Below are positions 55,049 to 64,000 of a stretch of DNA of 64,000 nucleotides, one piece after another. A program made the position numbers and the translations under genes. Numbering within the stretch: position 1 is the stretch's first letter; every line of letters starts with the position of its first letter. A model generated the notes under the pieces. The model made no database searches. It was not told where the DNA came from and saw only the letters and a program-made list of their open reading frames with translations. Source of the stretch: Antedon mediterranea (Eukaryota > Animalia > Echinodermata); the NCBI RefSeq assembly GCF_964355755.1, contig NC_092674.1, positions 22,382,001 through 22,446,000 on the forward strand, in the 5' to 3' direction.

Positions 55049-58000
55049 TTGGAAACCCTAGTGTTTTGTTAAATACCTGATTACCATACAGGAAAGTGAT
55101 TCTCTTGGTTGACGCTACTCTAGTATTAAAGTCAAGAATTTCATTTTCTTGTAATATTTCAAAGTCAATTTGTTTATCATCTGTCCATAAGGGTGTACAA
55201 GTTTTTACAAGTGTGTATTCACAGCCACCCATGAAATCATAGTTGAGTCCATCAAAGGTTACGTAATGAGGGTCTCCATATGCTATGCAAATGTTGTCAC
55301 CTATTAACGAAAAGAAATTCAACTGAGCTTAAAACACATTAAAAGATATAATGCACATTTTGGGATATATCCTGTAATTGACATTATCTTTCTTTATTTG
55401 TTATTATTATAAGCAACGTCTTAGTTAAGTCGAAGATGCTCTCCAGATGTAATGCCATCCTGAGATGAGTAGTAGTAATTTTGTTTATTTTATTTATTTC
55501 ATTTATATGTAATTTACTTTCTATGGACCAGAGTTTCCGAAATAAAAGATTGAATGAATTATAGCTTATTATGGAATAAAAATTTGAATGTCTAGTTTCG
55601 ACAAGCCTAAATTCAGATCAAATATATCTCTTATTCTTATTAAAGTTTTATTGTTCACCTGAACATTTTTTTGTTGTTGAATATGCCATTTTAATGTCAA
55701 ATAAATGGATCGGAAACAAATTATTTAATCATTTATTTTGTATTTTTTAAATGAAAACATTGTTATTTCCGTTACTACAAAATGGTCAAAAGTATGAATT
55801 TATTAATCCTCATCCTTTTGGGGACAATACATCTTTAATAATAGCACTTTTCTTGTCTTTTCTTTTATCTTGCATGAGAAGTTTATGTTTGTTTATGACT
55901 TAAATTCATAAAATTCTATTTTAAGAACTGACAAACAGACTGAAAAAAGATGTCGGTCATACAAGGATAAATACCCAATATTGGTCATTTTCCACGAGCA
56001 ATCTACAACTGTCATGTGCGACTATACTCAAATGTGGTTTATGCACAAAAAAGGAACATGATGATGGTCAAACTCTATACTATTAGAGAGTTATTTCAGG
56101 CCATCCTTACCTATTTCACAATCATCGCCTGCATATCCGTATGGACAGACACAAGAGTAGCCTGTAAAGTCCGAATCTGGGATGCATGTACCATTGTTGT
56201 AACATGGCATTTCTAAGCATGGATCACCTGTCAAGTGTCAGAAATAGATTGATACATTTATAATGTACATGTATCAGTGGATAGGTAAAACAAAGAAGCA
56301 ATAACAAAAGTCACTCATACAAACATCCCTTTTAACACAAATAGAATAGGGTGAGGAATATAACCAAGGCTTACAGTAATTATACAGTATTTGTAAATAC
56401 GATTTTGTGGCTATAAATCAAGTGGCTATTAATGTTAATATGTGAAAACAGCATAATCTATTGTGAATGTAAAACAAGACAAATATAGAATTGGACAGAG
56501 AAGACATACTTAAACAAACATAGCCATCTCCTCTTAAGTATGCGGGACAGTAGCATCGATATTCATACTCATATCCACCGCAGAGGGCTTCAGGATGGCA
56601 GTTGCTAGGTAAACATATAACTTCTGCATCGTCTGTACACGTGCAGGTCTCATTGCAACCAATTCGCAGAAAATCAGAGTCAAGCTAAAAAAAAGGATTT
56701 ATTACACTTTAGTATACAACATAGGGTTACATGTTTGTGAAAAACAAGTTAAAATCTTGCGTCATGTTGTTTGTTGATTTGTTTTATATTATGTAAAATG
56801 TATCTTATCCCTGAATAAATAATAATAAATATTTATCCTAAAAGAAGTAAATACCACCTTAAGCTCTGTCTACACTATCAAAATGTTTTACATTTTAATT
56901 GGTAATTGTGACAAACAAATGCTTTATCAATCTAGAACTATCATTATATATAGCCTACTAATATTTAGTTTATTAAAGTTGATATTCCAATAGGCGAAGA
57001 GAAAAAAAGCAGAGAGAAAATCGCGCTACCCTTTTCACTACAAGAGCAAATAGCTGTGATTTTCATGTTCATCGTCTGTCTGTTGAACTTTTCAATTCAC
57101 ATGAGTGCCCATGTCATAGTTCATTTCTTGACCTTTGATTGGTGGCACAATTTTTCGCTTCACAAAAAGTAGAAATAATTCGAACTACCAAATTTCCTGA
57201 AGCGAAGAACTCAAGGAACTAGAATTTGTCTCAGAGAGGGATTTGGAAAATGGAAACATGAACATGCATGCATATAAGCTGATTATTTCAATTCGCACGA
57301 ACAAAATTTGCCTATTAAAAAAATCAGCTTCAAGCAGCACTGTTACCTCATATAGGAACCCTGAATCTTTACATCCACATTCACTAGGCTCAATGCAGGA
57401 CCAGCCTTGCAAGACTGTACCATCTGAACATTCACAACCTGGTACACTGGGAAGGTCACAATCCTCATCTTCATTGCTAGCACATGTCTCAGGACATGAT
57501 GATAAATTTGTTACGTATATTGAATTTAGAGGACATACAGGTGCTATGAAATAGTTAAAAATGTTACTGTTATTTTCAAATGAAGTAGAAAAATGTAATT
57601 TAAGTAATCAGTCAGTATGTCAATATTGTGACTTGAACCTAAAATATATTTTCCAATCTGAAAATGTAATGTATGTCGTTGGCCATCTAAACTTTTCCCG
57701 TAAAAATATACTATCATCATTGGTTGTGTTGTCCGATAGTTATTTATACAGTATATTAATGTTTGCGAATATCAGCAGTCATATTTGTAAGTAGAACAGT
57801 ACTATGTAGCGTAGCTGAACTTAAATTTACTGCCGTAGTTTGGACATTACCATACAAAACAAGATTTTTACTTTCTTGCAAAGAAAACAAATATGTTCTG
57901 TGACATATGAATTTTTGTTATTGTAATTGTAAGGATGTAAAACATCATATTCAAATTAAACATTCATTCAATATAATAAAATAAATTACCACAGAATGCT

Positions 58001-61000
58001 ACTGTTCTCCATGGTCCAACAGTTACACCAGCAGACAAACAGAGGGATTCATAAAACTGAATTGTACCGCACAAGATACTATACTCTGTGACCAGAAGAC
58101 CACATTGGTCAGACATACATCCATCGTAATACGAAGATGGTGGAACAGCTCGATGACAATCAGCAAAAGGTCCTGTCAAAAAAAATGTTTAAAAATATCT
58201 TTTATACGCAATGAAACAATATATAGAGATTTTTATATAAACTTCATAATAGCCGCATAATTGAATTAAGACTATTTTCCACTAAGCAAATTTATTCTCA
58301 TGCTTAATTAAACCAAGCAAATTTGACCAACCTTCTTGATCGTATATGACTTCACAACCACTATATAGATTTGTGGAGTTTCTCATGCATAAACTACCAG
58401 ACATGCTGTCTGTATCAAAACATTCATCTTCATTTACAATCCAACTATTACCAAAGTCTGTTACTAAATCAACCTTGAAAAAAGAATCAACAAATGTATA
58501 GACTCAATACCAAGATCTCTTCTGGATATTATATAAGATGTCTCTCTTTCCAGTGATGTTCAGAATTAAGTAATATCTTTTACATGGATTGGAGTAGAAG
58601 TAAAGACAACATTTGGAAAACAAGCATATATGATAATACAGGGATCACACCAGAGTATAGATTCTTAATTACTGTCATCAAAATACTAGTAGTTTCATCA
58701 AATAGCAAATGTACCAATCGACAGAACTTTAAACTTTCCACATTTTATCAATGCTAAGGTTTCCTAAATCATGTTGACAGTAACAATTAGTCAGCATTTT
58801 AAGACCATTTACACTTAATATTTGGCTCTGGATCTGAAATAGATAAGTAATAATAATATTGGGTTTGGCTGCCCTGGACTTCCTCCCAAGGTAGTTCAGG
58901 AGCAGCTTCTTCATTTGGGCAGTGCAGTGAATCGTGTCCAATAGCTTCAAGGCCGTTGTTTGAGATGTAAACACACTGGAATGGATCCAAAAATTGAACC
59001 CTGACCCGACCCTGAGTGCTCTAGGACCCAAACGTAAGTGTTAATTGGGTCTTCTTGACTTACCGGTTCTCCATATGGTGTTACAAAGTCATTATCTATA
59101 TCACCATCAAAACTACCACATAATCCTCGAGTAACCTGCATTTCAGGTAAAGTTACCTCAACGGCAAAGGCTCTATTGACTTTGACCACCAATGAAAAAT
59201 CTGTTGATAAAATCTTTAGAAAAAAAAATAATTAGGTATAGCTGAGGAATGTAGGTGTGATACAATATTATTCTTATTTAGTTTGCATTGTATTGCACTA
59301 TGCCTAGAATTCCTAATGATGTAGCTGTATACTAATGCAGTTTCACTCATGAAATTTTTATTTCAAATGCCAAATTGTTCAATTTAAGATGTAATCCAGC
59401 ACCACCATTTTTAAATGGCAAAATCAGCTCAGCTGTTTATGACCTTTTCCTGCTTTCGCAAAATTTGTCTACAAAATGAACACAAATTAAACAATATTCA
59501 AAATCGTAATAGCGTACTTATGTTAGAGGTCATCCATGATCGTAGTCGATTGTATTTTCACACTAATATCTATCTCCATCGTGCGACCACTATTAACAGG
59601 AAATTAACAACATAGTTTTCAGTACGAATGACTACGATTTTTGTTATTTATTAAATGTGCAGTGACATAAACGAATATTTCTTACTAAGTAATCGCCAGC
59701 AACTCTCACAGTAACACCAGGTAGTTCAGCTTGTGGTATGAATGGTGCGCTGTCTATTGTTAAGCCGTAAGTCCATGATAATCCAAATTGCTGTTGCCAT
59801 AAAAAAACAAATAGTTATTCATATATAGGACTAAAAATGAATTTTATTCCTAACCCCAATAACCTAACCTCTCTTATATGGTTAAATTAGTATTGCCATC
59901 ATAGTTTAGCAAACTGAAAGGTTGTCCTAGGTGACAGCTTAACAGGAAGGGAACATTCAGGGGAGGTAAAAGTTGTCAATGTCATCGTCTACAAATACAT
60001 ACAGTATTTATTTTCAAAATAATAATAAGTACACTTATTTGTAAGATTAAAAATATCAAAATTAGTTGCTGTGATACATGTTACTAATATGTTTCTTAAC
60101 TCTTTTAAAAAACAAATACTAAATAACTACTTACTTTACCATATACAGTTACATACACCGTCTCAATAACAGGATAACCAAATATGTCTGCATCATTCTG
60201 GAGGACAACACTAAATTCTTCATCATAATCTTCAGAACTTTCAACGAGAGTGTACTTGCAATTACCTCTGAATGTGAAACTGCGTTTGTCAAAGGTTCTA
60301 AAATGTTGACCACCAAAAACAGTGCAGTAACCAATAGCTGAAAATAAAGTGAAACAAAGTTAAAGCTTTAAAGTATATTTAACTCAATCTTCTATTTCGG
60401 AATTGCTAGAAAATAAACATAATTTTGTATAAATTAACACATTTTTAAGTGTCATCTTAGGATACTATACAATCTGGAGAGCATCTAAATAGTAGACAAT
60501 GTATTAAATTATAATACATTGTCTACTACTCTGTTACATATACAGTTTGAAATTGAAAATATTCATATTCTGAGAAGGCATGGTTAGGAATGGAAGTGAG
60601 AATCTAGAAAGAATGAAGTCACACTGGATTAGAAAAATGACAAATTTTAACATGTGGTTAGTTTTACAGACACTATGGTAGGTTCTACTAGGCAGGTAGT
60701 GGTCAGAAAATGTCTTGGTTAAATTAACCATATTTGACTATTTTTGGTCAATTTAGCCAGTGACTTGGTTTGTTTGACCAATTTAAGTCCAGTGTTATCG
60801 AGGCTAAAGAATTCAATGAAAATATTAAAAACTAGAAAAACTTTTACTTTATATTGTTTGAAGGTTTGCATGGTGAAATCAAATGTTGATATAAAGTTTG
60901 CGGTACACCACGTATATTAGTTCTGAAAAGAACAGTTGAGTTTCTCAATAGTTCTTTTCAGAACTAACATACGTGCTATACCGTAAAATTCAACATTTGA

Positions 61001-64000
61001 TTTCACCATGCATGCATGTTATTATTCTAGAAAGAGGCCAAGGGAATATAATGTTTGTCTCTGCTATTGTAACATAGAGAAAGAAATAGAAAATGCTGTA
61101 CATACGTATTTCACATGTTGGTCCAGACCAAAAGAATGGACAGAAGCATTCATAATCATCATTATCATCATCCGGTACACATATACCGTTATTTCTACAA
61201 GGTTTGTTGTAACATGGATCAACTAAGTAAAAAAAAAACAAGCAATAATAAATATATAATAATAATGATGAGAAAATACACAGAGATTTAGTAACATATA
61301 CCCTTTTCACATATGCATAAATTGTTACAGCTTGTAAAAACCTGTAACCAGGTATGATCTTCCAATTTATTACATGTTTTCACAAATACGTACGCGAACC
61401 TTGAGAAATCTGGTGAGGAAAGCTTAGTTGCACGCTATTTGATTACTATGATTGTACTGATAATTATTATTATTAATCTATAGAATATTAAATAAAGCTT
61501 GTGGATTTGAAAACAGTGAAACAAAATATATGAAATAGCTGCCAAAATTCACTATTTTTACTACTTTTTTACAATGTTTTTATAGTAATTTTGTACTGAT
61601 AACTTAACTATTGTTATTAATCATTTTAATAACACTTTAATTTATACCCGAGCATATGAGTCCATCTCCAATGAGTGGTTGTTCACAGAAGCAGCCATGA
61701 ACTCCATCATAAACGCCACAGCTTGCTAGACAGTGACATTGGTATGGTTCACATATAATATTTTCTCCTTCAGTACATGTACATATTTCAGAGCACCAGT
61801 CATTAACATAGTAGTCGTCTACCTGTAATATAAGAACATGCACGATTTTAAGACAGAGTCCACAAACAGAAAGTGTGTGGCGGACACTCTTTAAGTGGGA
61901 AAATCATGCCTATGCACTAAAATATCCACACACATGGTCTGCTGATTTATTAAATATTGTTTTTTTGATGTCGTCTTGTCTTGTATGTATTTTCTTGTTT
62001 TTTCATTTTTACTGAGTCATACTTAATGATAATTGTACTAGGCCCAACCACTCACTTTTCAGTCATTACGGATTGGACCCCATTGGAAATAAGTTTACTT
62101 TTTTGTCGACTTAATGGGTTATCCAGGTATTCTTTTAATACATTGTATATTTTAACTTTTTATGTATGAATATCGAATAAAATCAATCAATCAATCAATC
62201 AACCTATCGTAAACAATAACAGACACCTCATAATTGTACAAATATAATTTGCTTGCCTACCTGTACAAAACTTTTCTCAAATAGTCTTATACTATATTCA
62301 ATTGATAATAGTTTGAATGGTTTTATATGTACAATGTTTGATTATATTGTGTTCTTGTTTACAATTGTAACTTGCAATTTAGATATCACACAGGCAAAAA
62401 CAAAGAAAGTGATAAATTTACCCTTAGATATCTTCCTTCATAAGTGCAGCCACACTCATTTGGTGATACACATTCCAATCCACTGAGTACTAGACCATCA
62501 TCACAAGAACATCCTTCTACGCATAACTCATTACATGGTTCATACTCATAGTAATTACTGCACGTTGCTGGACAAGGATTGGCACATAGGCTGTATGAAG
62601 ACCCTTCTGGGCATTCCATTGCTAGTGGTAAATCACAAGAAAAAGATTATTATAATAGGACGTTGGAAAACCTTTTGATGTCACCATCGATATTTATCCT
62701 TGTGCTGTTATTTATCTATGGTTATATTAAGTAGGCCTATGCCAAACATCTCACCAGGTAGCGCTTCTTTAGGTCTAAATTGAAGAAGCCAACAGTGGCA
62801 TCTATAGTGTACAGTATATATAGGTAGGGATCTCACAAAAAAAAAAACTGTAACATCTATATTATTGTCATAACATTTATCAATGTTGTTACCATTTTAT
62901 TCTAATAGTAGTACAGTATGTATGATTCATTGAAGAGTAAAATTACAATTTTACTCTTTCCTAGTATGCATATAGAGTTCTGCGGTGTGGTGTCACAACA
63001 ATAGATGCCGCTGCGTGGTTGCTAGCACAATAAAAAATGCGTTCAACACTATATGTTGATAAACACAATAGATCCGTGTTTCTATCAAATTATGTATCTT
63101 TAGCTTGATTTTTTAAAGCTTAAACTGTATCTGAAGAATAAATAGATTATGAAAAACAACTATTTAGTGACCTTTTGAAATTTGAGTTTGTTTTTATTGA
63201 AAATTATTAAGTTTTAAAATGACTACTTCAATAAGCCTATTCCAAAACATTGGTGACCTTGGAGTCACTGAGGCAGTTGAACGCATTTTTTGGTTGGCTA
63301 GCAACTATGCAGCCCCACCTTGAGTGAGTGAGTGGCCGAGCGGTTAAGACAGTGGAACCGTAATTATGTAGCCATAACATCGGCAAGGGTTCGAGGCTCA
63401 CTCGCTCCATGGTTCTGGTGGTAGAACGAGTCTTCTCGGATAAGGACTATAAACCGTAGGTCCAGTGTACACATAGCTCATGTGCACTTTAAAGAACCTA
63501 GTACATCTTTCGAGACGAGTAGAGGGTTACCCCGGTGTACTAGTCCACACAAACACAGCCACTATCACACACAGCCACTGTGCAAATTGGTTTTTACGAA
63601 AAAACTAACTCATTCGCTTCACAAAGTGCTATAGTCTTCAAGTCTGAAGTTTGCACTAAATTGGAAGAAGAAGAAAGAAGAAGGGACCTACCGTCCATGC
63701 AGCGCCACCTACCGTTGTGACGTCAGCACCGCAGAACTCTATAATGTATTTTATTTTACAGTCCATAAACAATATTTGTATGGAAGTAGACGTGTGTTTG
63801 CGAGGTTAAAGAAATTATGCCCAATTTTCTTACGACAGAAATCTGGAGTCCTCCATAAAGAAATATCTACTTCATAAAGCTGGCACATTGTAGCATATGA
63901 TTTGACAGCAGAACAGAGGGTTATGTCTAAAACATCTGTTGCACAGGCATCATACAAACAGTCATTATAATATGATTCCGGATCAACAACGTCATAACAA
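39990..64000 (-). CDS. Zonadhesin/IgGFc-binding protein/alpha-tectorin-like membrane protein, 3' part (34 exons, ~1,980 aa in window; 5' end beyond 64000)
   Basis: In-frame GT-AG exons: 64000-63834, 62621-62422, 61822-61648, 61222-61106 | 60337-60135, 59790-59686, 59213-59064, 58473-58332, 58172-57990, 57543-57347, 56684-56510, 56227-56111 | 55300-55077, 54464-54360, 53711-53556, 53124-52965, 52744-52568, 52106-51898, 50902-50725, 50224-50114 | 49836-49631, 48888-48781, 47885-47733, 47296-47140, 46353-46171, 45754-45555, 45105-44925, 44450-44331 | 43978-43604 (CUB), 42721-42597, 41883-41677, 41212-41057 (RRRR), 40675-40471, 40303-39990 (TM+tail). Motifs: YGDPHYVTFDG, GLCGNFD, FGNSW, C8 (YYDACLYDEC), TIL (CPxxSxYxxCxxxCPxTC...CVEGCxC), EGF. 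Confidence 0.9.
41570..41640 (-). mobile_element. SINE core fragment
   Basis: The reverse complement tgtgtctttgggcaagatactttactcttgttgcc resembles the core at 35148-35180. Confidence 0.5.
42752..43335. repeat. 28 bp minisatellite (gatggctctatgttgtgcttcttaaaat) x ~20
   Basis: Direct tandem repetition, decaying towards 43550. Confidence 0.96.
48000..48450 (+). mobile_element. 3' fragment of a CR1/L2-clade LINE
   Basis: Translation gives KLPSLAFRRKR... and TRGHNLKIKKVHSKSKHRQKFFSISAVNDWNSLPYHIVNASSINNFKTHLETHW (from 48175), the typical CR1 ORF2 C-terminus, followed by an (AAGGT)n tail at ~48435-48450. Confidence 0.85.
50910..51828. repeat. 32 bp minisatellite (gtgtgagttttgctaggcaatgtgaaagggga), with an internal ~160 bp higher-order duplication and an interruption at 51485-51595
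   Basis: Period 32 (e.g. 51241 to 51273); the flank atatattt.agaattaatattctctatgtctgacaggttcag is repeated at 50909 and 51072. Confidence 0.95.
52836..52909. repeat. Perfect 36 bp + 36 bp inverted repeat (74 nt hairpin) in an intron
   Basis: ataataatgccgggagtctcatgatatttaattatt-aa-aataattaaatatcatgagactcccggcattattat. Confidence 0.95.
53913..54090 (+). mobile_element. Degenerate copy of the tRNA-derived Deu/Nin-domain SINE
   Basis: Aligns with 63326-63530 (gtgagtggc..agcg.tta, ggcaagggttcgaggctca, gttctggtggtagaac.agtcttctc.gataaggactataaacc). Confidence 0.8.
54825..55042 (+). mobile_element. tRNA-derived SINE ending in (TA)n, with a 5'-truncated tandem copy at ~54535-54672
   Basis: A-box tggtctaatggt (54832), B-box ggtttgaatc (54876); catatcaagcagaaggttcc.ggtttgaatcttggttgggg and gggcggtttagaatttgttctgtg are duplicated. 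Confidence 0.7.
60901..60983. repeat. Imperfect 40 bp inverted repeat (83 nt hairpin)
   Basis: cggtacaccacgtatattagttctgaaaagaacagttgag-ttt-ctcaatagttcttttcagaactaacatacgtgctataccg; 35 of 40 positions complementary. Confidence 0.85.
62971..63743. mobile_element. MITE with TIRs tatagagttctgcggtg...caccgcagaactctata, interrupted by a SINE
   Basis: The terminal 17 bp are perfectly inverted; the inner left arm gctgcgtggttgctagc...aaaaaatgcgttcaac (63010-63047) pairs with 63276-63313. Confidence 0.8.
63321..63696 (+). mobile_element. Full-length tRNA-derived SINE with a Deu/Nin-type central domain and (GAA)n tail
   Basis: A-box tggccgagcggt, B-box gggttcgagg, central tcggataaggactataaaccgtaggtcc...taaagaacc...gagtagagg..taccccggtgt resembling the Deu domain; flanked by a 14 bp duplication atgcagc.ccacct (63307-63320 and 63697-63710). 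Confidence 0.85.

Noticed and set aside
58729-59031. Intronic ORFs of 63-100 aa between VWD exons
   Set aside because: The flanking exons 59064-59213 and 58332-58473 join in frame without them and match the 8-exon module; no domain similarity is visible.
54825-63410. tRNA genes at 54825, 63326 (also 35069 and ~44160-44220 minus)
   Set aside because: A/B boxes are present but no clean cloverleaf could be formed, and each continues into repeat body sequence or has degenerate copies; they are SINE heads.

Overview
AT-rich, intron-containing eukaryotic DNA from an animal. An invertebrate, possibly an echinoderm or other deuterostome, is inferred from SINE type and gene content but not proven. 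The window has three zones. (1) 0.5-23 kb is a duplication-rich cluster of micro-genes that the ORF track largely misses. It holds three two-exon minus-strand genes for 29-48 aa acidic/Ser-rich peptides that all end in a CaaL prenylation box (GWWCTIL*, SWCTIL*, SCCTVL*), two paralogous Gly/Lys/Asn-rich 65-75 aa peptide genes plus promoter-only relics, a decayed C2H2 zinc-finger gene, and a 58 aa charged peptide gene with duplicated candidate first exons. (2) 25-38 kb has two tandem arrays and a complete 13-exon, 600 aa mitochondrial medium-chain acyl-CoA ligase gene (ACSF2-like, minus strand). (3) 40-64 kb is the 3' 34 exons (~1,980 codons) of a large minus-strand zonadhesin/FCGBP/alpha-tectorin-like membrane protein: repeated VWD-C8-TIL-EGF modules, then CUB, Cys-rich, furin-site, TM and cytoplasmic segments. 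Introns carry SINEs (including a 5S+tRNA composite), MITEs, a CR1-like LINE end, minisatellites and long hairpins. The best candidate for a new system is the CaaX micropeptide family, which resembles fungal a-factor-type lipopeptide precursors. All gene models were spliced by hand from GT-AG sites and frame continuity; no expression data or database searches were available.
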